Below, in pieces: positions 1 to 7,960 of a DNA stretch of 25,820 bases. This DNA is from Aestuariivirgaceae bacterium (GTDB lineage Bacteria > Pseudomonadota > Alphaproteobacteria > Rhizobiales > Aestuariivirgaceae). Position 1 is the stretch's first letter, and each line of letters starts with the position of its first letter. Position numbers and translations under genes: made by a program. The stretch is taken from the NCBI GenBank assembly GCA_035265265.1, contig DATFOT010000023.1:1-25820 (forward strand), in the 5' to 3' direction. The notes below the pieces were generated by a model that had not been told where the DNA came from, did no database searches, and saw only the letters and a program-made list of their open reading frames with translations.

Positions 1-67
1 GTGGGGTAGCGAAGCGAAAGCTGGCGGAAGAAATTTCTATTTGCATTGCATATTCGCTCTTCTGCGC

Positions 68-135
68 GTCATGCGCGGACTTGATCCGCGCATCTGCCGC
101 TGGCACGAGATCGCCGGGTCAAGCCCGGCGACGAC
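68..135. repeat. REP-like double-hairpin element (alphaproteobacterial GTCATG...CTTGA...TCAAG...GAC type)
   Basis: Hairpin 1 is ATGCGCGGA-cttga-TCCGCGCAT (71-93) and hairpin 2 is TCGCCGGG-tcaag-CCCGGCGA (111-131). The loops CTTGA and TCAAG are complementary, and the ends are GTC (68-70) and GAC (133-135). It lies just downstream of the cysA stop. Confidence 0.8.
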
Positions 136-201
136 GAATAAGGATCAAGTTCGATGGCTGGATTTCACCGAAATGACGATGACGACCGACGCCTCGGCGC
201 G

Positions 202-1242
202 TTAGTAAATATGTCCACGCAGGGCCGTGAGCCTCACCTGGGTGCCGGGTTTGATACGGTGGGAAGCGAGGCGATTTGCCGGAATCTCGGTTTCGATCAA
301 ATCGCCATTGCCGGGGATCTCGACATCGACGCGGGCGATCGGGCCGACAGTCGATATGAACTTCACCGTGGCGGCGCTCTTCGCATCGGGACGCACCTCG
401 ATATCATGCGGACGCACATAGACCTTGGAGGGCGTCTTGGCATAGGCCGGGACGCGGAGCTCACCCAAACGGATTGCCGGATGGCTGACATGGCGGCCCT
501 TCACTTCAGCGGTGATGCGGTTCACACTGCCCAGAAACTCGCAGACGAAGGGATTGGCAGGGGAGTCATACACCTCGGCAGGCGTGCCGATCTGCTCGAT
601 ATGGCCAAGGCTCATCACGACAAGGCGATCGGCGATCTCCATGGCCTCCTCCTGGTCATGGGTGACGAAAATGGAGGTCATTCCCAATTCTTCATTAAGG
701 CGGCGCAGCCAGCGGCGCAATTCCCGGCGCACCTTGGTATCGAGCGCGCCGAACGGCTCATCGAGCAGGAGGACCTTCGGCTCGATGGCGAGAGCGCGAG
801 CAAGCGCCACGCGCTGACGCTGGCCTCCGGACAGTTCGGAGGGGAAGCGGTGGGCCAGCCGCTCGATCTGGACAAGATGAAGGAGCTCTCGGACCTGGCG
901 GGCAATTTCCTCGCGCGACGCGCGCTGGGACTTCGGCCTTACGGTCAGGCCGAAGGCGACATTGTCGAACACGTTCATGTGGCGGAACAGGGCATAGTGC
1001 TGGAAAACAAAGCCGATGCCGCGGTCTCGGGCATTGACGTGCAAGACGCTCCTGCCGTCGATACGCACATCGCCGGCATCGGGAAAGTCCAGGCCCGATA
1101 TGATGCGCAGAAGCGTCGTCTTGCCAGAGCCTGAGGGACCGAGCAGCGCCAAGAGCTCGCCTTGCGCGACGGACAGGCCAACGGATTTCAGGGCGACGAA
1201 ATCATCAAAGCGCTTGGTGAGGTCGATTGCATCAATGCTCAT
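202..1242 (-). CDS. cysA: Sulfate/thiosulfate ABC transporter ATP-binding protein
   Basis: Walker [10 protein letters not shown]-loop [10 protein letters not shown], signature [15 protein letters not shown], Walker B LLLDEPF, H-loop FVTHDQEEA and a C-terminal TOBE-like region. I place the start at ATG 1242 ([12 protein letters not shown]), overlapping the cysW stop. The ORF-track extension to 1569 is not protein-like. Confidence 0.95.
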   Translation of the reverse strand: MSIDAIDLTKRFDDFVALKSVGLSVAQGELLALLGPSGSGKTTLLRIISGLDFPDAGDVRIDGRSVLHVNARDRGIGFVFQHYALFRHMNVFDNVAFGLTVRPKSQRASREEIARQVRELLHLVQIERLAHRFPSELSGGQRQRVALARALAIEPKVLLLDEPFGALDTKVRRELRRWLRRLNEELGMTSIFVTHDQEEAMEIADRLVVMSLGHIEQIGTPAEVYDSPANPFVCEFLGSVNRITAEVKGRHVSHPAIRLGELRVPAYAKTPSKVYVRPHDIEVRPDAKSAATVKFISTVGPIARVDVEIPGNGDLIETEIPANRLASHRIKPGTQVRLTALRGHIY

Positions 1243-2080
1243 GAACGGTCCTGTGGCGGCCACGGGCGAGCTTCCATTCGAGCAGGCTCTGCGCAGCAAG
1301 AGTGAGCAGCGCCAGCATGGCAAGAAGCGATGCGACCGCGAAGGCGGCGGTGAAGTCGTACTCATTGTACAGAATTTCGACATGCAGCGGCATGGTGTTG
1401 GTATGACCGCGGATATGCCCGGATACCACGGAAACCGCCCCGAATTCGCCCATGGCGCGGGCATTGCACAGCAGCACGCCGTAAAGCAGGCCCCAGCGGA
1501 TGTTGGGAAGAGTGACACGGAAAAAGGTTTGAAGCGGCGAGGCGCCGAGCGAGAGGGCGGCTTCCTCATCCTCGGTGCCCTGCTCCTCCATCAGCGGAAT
1601 GAGCTCGCGGGCTACGAAGGGAAAAGTGACGAACATCGTCGCCAGAACAATGCCCGGAACGGCAAAGATGACCTTGATATCGTGCTCCTTGAGCCATGGG
1701 CCCAGCCAGCCCTGCAGACCGAAAAGAAGCACATAGATGAGGCCCGCGATCACCGGCGAGACAGAGAAGGGAATGTCGATCAGGGTGATCAGCAGGCTCC
1801 GGCCGTGGAAACGGAATTTGGTGATGACCCAGGCGGCCATGATGCCGAAGATCGTGTTGATAGGCACTGCAATGGCGGCGGTGAGCAGGGTCAATCTGAC
1901 GGCGGCGAGGGATATCGGATCGGTTATGGCGCCGCGGTAGGCGCTCCAGCCCTTGGCGAAAGCCTGGATGAACACGGTGATCAGCGGCAGGCCGATAAAC
2001 AGGGCGAGGAAAAAAAGGGCTGCGCCGATCAGCGCCACGCGCACGGGGAGGGGATCGCGACGAACGGACCGCAGCGTCAT
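1232..2080 (-). CDS. cysW: Sulfate ABC transporter permease CysW
   Basis: Multiple hydrophobic helices; motifs [50 protein letters not shown] and [13 protein letters not shown]; second permease in the operon. Confidence 0.95.
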   Translation of the reverse strand: MTLRSVRRDPLPVRVALIGAALFFLALFIGLPLITVFIQAFAKGWSAYRGAITDPISLAAVRLTLLTAAIAVPINTIFGIMAAWVITKFRFHGRSLLITLIDIPFSVSPVIAGLIYVLLFGLQGWLGPWLKEHDIKVIFAVPGIVLATMFVTFPFVARELIPLMEEQGTEDEEAALSLGASPLQTFFRVTLPNIRWGLLYGVLLCNARAMGEFGAVSVVSGHIRGHTNTMPLHVEILYNEYDFTAAFAVASLLAMLALLTLAAQSLLEWKLARGRHRTVHEH

Positions 2081-2928
2081 GCCTCAGCTCTCAGGAACCG
2101 CCAACGCGACCAGGCCTGCATGGAGTTGATGCCGAAAAGGATCAGAAGCGAAACGAAAAGCATCACGACGGCAATGGCGGTCGCCTGCTCATATTCGAAT
2201 TCCTCGAGCTTCACGACGATGAGCAAGGGCGCAATTTCGGAGACCATTGGCAGATTGCCGGCGATGAAGATGACGGAACCATATTCGCCAACGGCACGGG
2301 CGAAGGCGAGCGCAAAGCCCGTTGTCAGCGCGGGAAAGGCGGTGGGGAGAATCACCCTTTGGAAGGTTTGAAGGGCGGTCGCTCCCAAGCAATGGGCCGC
2401 TTCCTCGACATCGGCATCGAGATCGGCGAGAACCGGCTCCACGGCACGCACAACGAAGGGAATGCCGATGAAGATCAGCGCGATCAATATACCGAGCGGG
2501 GTAAAGGCGATTTTGATGCCCATCGGCGCGAGCAGGCTGCCGATAATACCGTTCGGCGCGTATATGGCGGTGAGAGCAATGCCGGCGACGGCGGTCGGCA
2601 GGGCAAAAGGTATATCGACGAGGGCTTCAACGAATCGGCGAAAGGGAAAATCGTAACGAACCAGCACCCAGGCGATGAGCAGGCCGAAAACCGTATTGAT
2701 CGCGGCGGCGAGGAGCGACAAGCCGAAAGACAGCCGCAGCGCGGCAAGGACGCGCGGGGTGGTGACGCTGGCAAGGAAGCCCATGAGCCCGAGATTCGCG
2801 GCCTTGAGAATGAGAGCTGCCAGCGGCAGCAGGACGAGAAGGCCAAGCCAGGACAAAGTAAGGCCGAGTGTCAGTCCGAACCCCGGAATGACGCTCGGCT
2901 TTCGCAAGCTCGGCAGAAAAAGCGACAA
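2077..2928 (-). CDS. cysT: Sulfate ABC transporter permease CysT (CysU)
   Basis: Motifs LVDIPFALPTAVAGIAL, EEAAHCLGA and FARAVGEYGSVIFIAGNLPMVSEIAPLLI; 4-nt overlap with cysW. Confidence 0.95.
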   Translation of the reverse strand: MSLFLPSLRKPSVIPGFGLTLGLTLSWLGLLVLLPLAALILKAANLGLMGFLASVTTPRVLAALRLSFGLSLLAAAINTVFGLLIAWVLVRYDFPFRRFVEALVDIPFALPTAVAGIALTAIYAPNGIIGSLLAPMGIKIAFTPLGILIALIFIGIPFVVRAVEPVLADLDADVEEAAHCLGATALQTFQRVILPTAFPALTTGFALAFARAVGEYGSVIFIAGNLPMVSEIAPLLIVVKLEEFEYEQATAIAVVMLFVSLLILFGINSMQAWSRWRFLRAEA

Positions 2929-2940
2929 GGGAGCGTGCCC

Positions 2941-3963
2941 TCAGTTGCCGGGCTTGTAGATCTGATCGAAGATACCGCCTTCGGCAAAGTGGGTTGCCTG
3001 CGCCTTGTCCCAGCCGCCGAAAACCTCAGCTACCGTGAACAGGGGAATTTTCGGGAAGCGGTCGGCATATTTAGCGACGATCGCGGCCAAACGCGGCCGG
3101 TAGAAATTTTTGGCGGCGATTTCCTGACCTTCAGGCGAGTAGAGATGATTGAGATAAGCCTCGGCTTCTCGGCGCGTACCCTTCTTGTCGACAACGCTGT
3201 CGACGACGGCGACGGGTGGCTCGGCAAGAATGCTGACGCTTGGTGCAATGATTTCGAATTTGTCGGAACCGAACTCCTGGAGGGCGAGAAAGGCCTCGTT
3301 CTCCCAGGCGATCAGCACGTCCCCGATGCCGCGCTCGACGAAGGTCACCGTGGCACCGCGGGCGCCGGTGTCGAGCACAGGCACATTGCGATAGATGTCG
3401 GCCACGAAATTTCTCGCTTTCGCCTGATCATTGCCGGCGCTGCGAAGCGCATACCCCCAGGCCGCGAGATAGTTCCAGCGCGCGCCGCCACTGGTTTTCG
3501 GATTTGGCGTTATAACCTGAATGCCGTCTTTGGTGAGATCGCTCCAATCCTTGATCCCTTTAGGATTTCCCTTGCGAACCAGAAAAACGATGGTCGAAGT
3601 GTAGGGGGCGCTGTTGTCGGCCAAGCGCGACTGCCAATCACTGGCGATGAGGCCCCTATTGGCAATAGCCGTTATGTCATAGGCCAGAGCGAGGGTAACG
3701 ACATCGGCCTCGAGACCGTCGATCACGGCGCGTGCCTGCTTGCCCGAACCGCCGTGCGATTGCTGGATGGCTATGTCCTCGCCGGTTTCGGTCTTCCATT
3801 TGGCGGCAAAAGCAGCGTTGAACTCCTGATAGAATTCGCGAGTGGGATCATAAGACACGTTGAGAAGCTCCGCGGCGGCAAGCGGGCCGGCGAGGAGCAA
3901 GAGCGGCAGGGCGGCTGCGAGTCCAATCAGGTGTCGGCAGATCCTGGGTGCGTTGCGGGTCAT
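2941..3963 (-). CDS. sbp: Sulfate ABC transporter periplasmic substrate-binding protein
   Basis: Signal peptide followed by [48 protein letters not shown] and [17 protein letters not shown] lies 6 nt before the ATG. Confidence 0.95.
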   Translation of the reverse strand: MTRNAPRICRHLIGLAAALPLLLLAGPLAAAELLNVSYDPTREFYQEFNAAFAAKWKTETGEDIAIQQSHGGSGKQARAVIDGLEADVVTLALAYDITAIANRGLIASDWQSRLADNSAPYTSTIVFLVRKGNPKGIKDWSDLTKDGIQVITPNPKTSGGARWNYLAAWGYALRSAGNDQAKARNFVADIYRNVPVLDTGARGATVTFVERGIGDVLIAWENEAFLALQEFGSDKFEIIAPSVSILAEPPVAVVDSVVDKKGTRREAEAYLNHLYSPEGQEIAAKNFYRPRLAAIVAKYADRFPKIPLFTVAEVFGGWDKAQATHFAEGGIFDQIYKPGN

Positions 3964-4053
3964 TCAAATCTCCATCGCAATTGGAGGGGTCCAGGGCGAG
4001 TTGCGCTGGAAAATTGGCGGTGCTGGTTCAGTGGGCGTGAAGCGAATTTCAGC

Positions 4054-4209
4054 CTACAGCCAAGTGTAACGGAACATGATGAGTTCGGGCGTGAGCCTGC
4101 GCTCAGCCCAGGCCCTGCTGATCACCGCCAGCGAGTCATGCTGAGGAATCGGAAGCACAGCGGCGCACAAGTCATTGAAAATGTTTTGCAATATACTACG
4201 GGCGGTCAT
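4054..4209 (-). CDS. Candidate 51-aa small protein upstream of sbp (MTARSILQNIFNDLCAAVLPIPQHDSLAVISRAWAERRLTPELIMFRYTWL)
   Basis: ATG at 4209 is preceded by GGAG plus 6 nt, the same spacing as sbp. It lies directly downstream of the candidate promoter; stop TAG at 4054-4056. No recognised family. Confidence 0.35.
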   Translation of the reverse strand: MTARSILQNIFNDLCAAVLPIPQHDSLAVISRAWAERRLTPELIMFRYTWL

Positions 4210-4236
4210 TTGCATCTCCGTCGCAGTTACCATGTT

Positions 4237-4265
4237 ATCTCGACTGATTTGGTCGAGATTGTCAA
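4237..4265 (-). promoter_or_regulatory. Candidate sigma70 promoter of the sbp-cysTWA operon with a palindromic operator filling the spacer
   Basis: The minus strand reads cTTGACA-N17-CGAGAT. A perfect inverted repeat ATCTCGAC-N7-GTCGAGAT occupies 4237-4259. Confidence 0.6.
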
Positions 4266-4312
4266 GGGCCCGTTTTGTATAACGAACAGAAAAATGCAAA
4301 TCGTTCTTGATA

Positions 4313-4780
4313 TCAAACGTTTGCCGGCCGCATCCCCGCGGAAACAACAAGGGACAGCCCCTCGCGCTCCCCAGTAATGGCCTCAGCGATCGTCGTGCGT
4401 TCCAGCACCTCGCGCGTGGCATCGGCAACGCGTGCAAAGGTGCTACGGATCTCGCAGGTCTTCTCGTCGGTGCAGTCGACGCAGCGGGCATAGGCGACAA
4501 CGCTGAGGCAGGGCAGGGGCGCCATGGGCCCGTCAATCAGGCGCACAACTTCAGCGAAGCTGATGGCATCGGCAGGTTTTAGAAGCGCATAACCCCCCAG
4601 AGAACCGCGGCGGCTCTGGACAAGCCCGCGGCGTTTCAAGACCAGCAAAATCTGCTCGAGAAACCTTTTGGGAATTTTTTGCCGGCGCGCGATCTCAGCC
4701 GTCAGCATCGACTGGCCCGGAGGAGTTCGCGCCAGAGCGATCAGGGCACGGAGCGCGTATTTTGCCTGCCTGGAGATCAT
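4313..4780 (-). CDS. Rrf2-family transcriptional regulator with Cys-rich motif
   Basis: N-terminal [11 protein letters not shown], w[41 protein letters not shown], then C-x8-C-x2-C-x5-C. Confidence 0.92.
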   Translation of the reverse strand: MISRQAKYALRALIALARTPPGQSMLTAEIARRQKIPKRFLEQILLVLKRRGLVQSRRGSLGGYALLKPADAISFAEVVRLIDGPMAPLPCLSVVAYARCVDCTDEKTCEIRSTFARVADATREVLERTTIAEAITGEREGLSLVVSAGMRPANV

Positions 4781-4930
4781 ATCCCATTTACGGCGGCGAG
4801 GTTGGTTTGGCCAGCAAAAGCTCGGAGCCCAGGTTTTGTTTTGGAATCACGCCCAGCTGTTCTAGAGACTGATAAACGGCCCCGCCGGATCGCGCCCTTC
4901 GGGGCCGTTCTACTGTGCAGAAGGCAAGAC

Positions 4931-6223
4931 ATGGCGAATGTAGCGGTGGTCGGCGCCCAATGGGGCGACGAAGGCAAAGGCAAGATCGTGGATTGGCTGT
5001 CGGAACGGGCCGACATCGTGGTCAGATTCCAGGGCGGACATAATGCCGGCCATACGCTGGTGATCGACGGGGTAACTTTCAAACTCTCGCTCCTGCCGTC
5101 GGGGATCGTCAGACCCGGAAAGCTGTCGCTGATCGGCAATGGCGTCGTGGTGGATCCGTGGGCGCTCGCAGATGAAATCGCGAAGCTCGAGTCGCAAGGC
5201 GTGCACATCAGCCGGGAAAATTTGCGGATTGCGGAAAATGCGCCCCTCATCCTGCCGCTCCACCGCGAACTCGACCAGATGCGCGAGGCGGCGGCAGGAG
5301 ACAGCAGGATCGGCACGACAGGGCGCGGCATTGGCCCCGCCTATGAGGACAAGGTTGGCCGACGCGCCATCCGGATGCAGGATCTTTCGAATTTCGACAC
5401 GATCGGACCAAAGATCGACCGGCTGCTGCAGCATCACAATGCTCTGAGGCGCGGTCATGGCGAGGCGGAGGTGAAGGCTAAGGACCTCATACAAAGGCTC
5501 GTAGAAATCGCTCCAAAGGTAAGAACCTATATCGATGCAGTCTGGACCATACTCGACGACGCGCGCTCACATGGCAAACGCGTGCTGTTCGAAGGAGCGC
5601 AGGGCATCCTGCTCGACATCGATCATGGTACGTACCCGTTCGTAACGTCGTCCAACACCGTCGCCGCCCAGGCGGCGACCGGATCGGGCACGGGCACGGA
5701 TGCAATCGGCTATGTGCTCGGTATCGCCAAAGCCTATACGACACGGGTGGGCTCGGGGCCTTTCCCCACGGAACAGGCGAATAACATCGGGACGCGCCTT
5801 GGTGAACGAGGGCACGAGTTTGGTACGGTAACCGGGCGGAAGCGTCGCTGCGGATGGTTCGACGCGGTTCTGGTTCGGCAGGCGATCAAGACCTCCGGCA
5901 TAAGAGGCATTGCGCTGACCAAGCTCGACGTGCTCGACGGGTTCGAGGAAATCAAAGTCGCTACATCCTATGGGCTCGACGGACAGCGTATCGACCGGCT
6001 GCCGGGGAGCGAGGAAGCGCAAAAACGGGTGGTGGCAAATTACCAAACGCTCGAGGGCTGGCAGGCTTCGACCCGGGGAGCGCGGTCGTGGGCAGAGCTG
6101 CCAGCACCCGCCATCAAATACGTCCGCTATCTCGAAGAACTCATTCAGTGCCCGGTCGCGCTGCTTTCTACTTCGCCCGAGAGAGACGATACGATCTCGA
6201 TGCGCGATCCTTTTGCAGCTTAA
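4931..6223 (+). CDS. purA: Adenylosuccinate synthetase
   Basis: [58 protein letters not shown] and [14 protein letters not shown]. Start set at ATG 4931 (MANVAVVG). Confidence 0.98.
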   Translation: MANVAVVGAQWGDEGKGKIVDWLSERADIVVRFQGGHNAGHTLVIDGVTFKLSLLPSGIVRPGKLSLIGNGVVVDPWALADEIAKLESQGVHISRENLRIAENAPLILPLHRELDQMREAAAGDSRIGTTGRGIGPAYEDKVGRRAIRMQDLSNFDTIGPKIDRLLQHHNALRRGHGEAEVKAKDLIQRLVEIAPKVRTYIDAVWTILDDARSHGKRVLFEGAQGILLDIDHGTYPFVTSSNTVAAQAATGSGTGTDAIGYVLGIAKAYTTRVGSGPFPTEQANNIGTRLGERGHEFGTVTGRKRRCGWFDAVLVRQAIKTSGIRGIALTKLDVLDGFEEIKVATSYGLDGQRIDRLPGSEEAQKRVVANYQTLEGWQASTRGARSWAELPAPAIKYVRYLEELIQCPVALLSTSPERDDTISMRDPFAA

Positions 6224-7188
6224 CCGAGCTTGGGCGTTTCGAGCGCGCGTAGGATCATGGCCCTATCGCTGTTGGCGCCGGAGAATATGAGCACGGTCCT
6301 GCTGGCGCGGATGGCCGGCCGGTGCCTCCACGCACCGGCGAGTGCCGCGGCGGCACCGACTTCGATCAGCAAATGAGCATCGGCCAGGAGCGTGTGCATA
6401 GCGGCAAGACAGGCGGTGTCGTCCACCTCGAGCGCTTCGGCCACATGTTCGAGCATACAGGCAAGGGAGAGCTTCGGCGGGATACGCTGGTTCAGGCAAT
6501 CGCAGATGGTCGTCACCGGATGTTCAATGGCGCAGCGGGCGGTGAAGCTGCGGGCCATGCACGGGCTTTGGGCAGACTGGACGGCGATGACGCGCGCTGC
6601 CGATCCGGCCGCTTTCAATCCGATGGCGGTGCCGGAGGCGAGGCATGCCGAGCCAGTCGGGGCAAAGACAAAGTCGGCGCCTGGACAGTCCTCGGCTATT
6701 TCAAGACCGATCGTTCCGGCGCCGGCGATCACATGAGGACTTTCGCCATCGTCGACGAAGGCCAGATTGCGGCTTTCGGCAAAGATGCGTGCAGCGGACT
6801 TCGCCTGGTCAAGATCGGCGCCGGTGACATGGAGCCGGCCGCCGAACCGGGCGATGGCCTCCTTCTTGGTTTCCGGGCAGCCGTGGGGCAGAAATATATC
6901 AGCCGTCCGGCCCAGCATTCCGGCAGCATAGGCAACGGCCTGACCGTGATTGCCGGTAGAAGCGGTGCAGGCACCGCGCTCGTCTCCGGAGATCAGAAGA
7001 TGATTGAGAGCGCCACGCAGCTTGAATGAGGCAATGGGGTTCGCGAATTCGCCCTTTATCCAAATCTCGGCGCCCAAAAGCTCGCTCAGCGCGGGAGATA
7101 TCCACATCGGTGAGCGCGGCAGAGCCGAGCGCAGGCGGCGCTCAGCTTCGATCACAGCGGCTATGTCGGGGATGGAGAGACCCGTCAC
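6220..7188 (-). CDS. PLP-dependent serine/threonine dehydratase-family (fold-type II) enzyme without a regulatory ACT domain
   Basis: PLP-lysine motif [28 protein letters not shown] and C-terminal LIFSGAN. GTG start overlaps the upstream stop by 4 nt. Confidence 0.88.
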   Translation of the reverse strand: MTGLSIPDIAAVIEAERRLRSALPRSPMWISPALSELLGAEIWIKGEFANPIASFKLRGALNHLLISGDERGACTASTGNHGQAVAYAAGMLGRTADIFLPHGCPETKKEAIARFGGRLHVTGADLDQAKSAARIFAESRNLAFVDDGESPHVIAGAGTIGLEIAEDCPGADFVFAPTGSACLASGTAIGLKAAGSAARVIAVQSAQSPCMARSFTARCAIEHPVTTICDCLNQRIPPKLSLACMLEHVAEALEVDDTACLAAMHTLLADAHLLIEVGAAAALAGAWRHRPAIRASRTVLIFSGANSDRAMILRALETPKLG

Positions 7189-7946
7189 CGGGCAAATCGC
7201 CTGGAATTCAACTCAACGGCGGTCACGAGGGCGCGCAGAACAGGTTTGCTCATTGCCGGCTGCCGAGGCGGCTGCAGCGTGGGCCAGGCGTGAGCCATTT
7301 GGTCGACCGACTTCTGAATCTCGGTAGCGGCGTTTGAATTTTCCGTGTTCAGTTCAGGTATGATACCGCGCAATTCGGATCGTGCAATGGAGATGAAACC
7401 GTAGCCATCCTGGTATTCTGCCTGATCGCCGAGCTGCATACCGTTCCAGGCCTCATCGTATTCGGCCTGCGCCTGTCGAAGCAGCAAAATGATGACGTCG
7501 AGTTCCTGCCGGTGGTGGGAGATGCCGTTCCGCAGCAATCCCCGACCCAGTCCCTCGATATAACTTTTCAGTGCCTCATTGGCCGCCAAAATTTCGGCCA
7601 TGGTAGATTTCAAGGCGACGGTTTCGTTTACGGACTCGATTTTTTGGCGGAGTGCCTGCGCTTCGCTGGCAGGGAGAATGCGAGCGAGCTCCTGCCACGC
7701 CTCATCGAGTGCGTGCCGGCTATGGATGACGGCCTGGTCGGCCCGACCCTCTTTCGCTAGTTCAATTGAGGCGAGCAAATGGCCTCGGGCGATGAGCAGA
7801 AAATAGCGCACTGTGAGCTCACGTGAGGCGGTCGCTGGAAGAACTGCGGAGTCGGCACGTGCCGTTACGGCCCAGCCGACCGACAAAGACATCAAAACCG
7901 GCAGGAGCAATAGGGTGAGGAGGATCGGCGTCGAGATTCTGCGCAT
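7185..7946 (-). CDS. Secreted, predicted all-helical hypothetical protein with His/Glu-containing motifs
   Basis: ATG 7946 is followed by a signal peptide (MRRISTPILLTLLLL...ARA). Amphipathic helices and motifs RGHLLASIEL, IHSRHALDE and EYQDGYGFI. Tightly coupled to both neighbours (14-nt gap and 4-nt overlap). Confidence 0.75.
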   Translation of the reverse strand: MRRISTPILLTLLLLPVLMSLSVGWAVTARADSAVLPATASRELTVRYFLLIARGHLLASIELAKEGRADQAVIHSRHALDEAWQELARILPASEAQALRQKIESVNETVALKSTMAEILAANEALKSYIEGLGRGLLRNGISHHRQELDVIILLLRQAQAEYDEAWNGMQLGDQAEYQDGYGFISIARSELRGIIPELNTENSNAATEIQKSVDQMAHAWPTLQPPRQPAMSKPVLRALVTAVELNSRRFAR

Positions 7947-7960
7947 AATCGGTGACCGGC

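Noticed and set aside
1-60. GTGGGGTAGCGAAGCGAAAGCTGG and an AT-rich AGAAATTTCT/TTGCATTGCATA stretch: possible tail of another repeat, an Irr box or a promoter
   Set aside because: Truncated by the window edge. The AGAA-TTCT spacing does not fit the ICE motif (N3), and no complete promoter or repeat can be supported.
1243-1569. N-terminal extension of cysA in the ORF track
   Set aside because: It overlaps cysW in another frame and has non-protein-like composition; ATG 1242 gives a normal CysA.
154-4377. Long plus-strand ORFs 154-1134, 1016-2371 and 2359-4377 (up to 672 aa)
   Set aside because: Antisense shadows of cysA, cysW, cysT and sbp, typical of GC-rich coding DNA; no recognisable motifs.
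4679-4930. N-terminal extension of purA in the ORF track
   Set aside because: It overlaps the Rrf2 gene, and the conserved PurA N-terminus starts at 4931.
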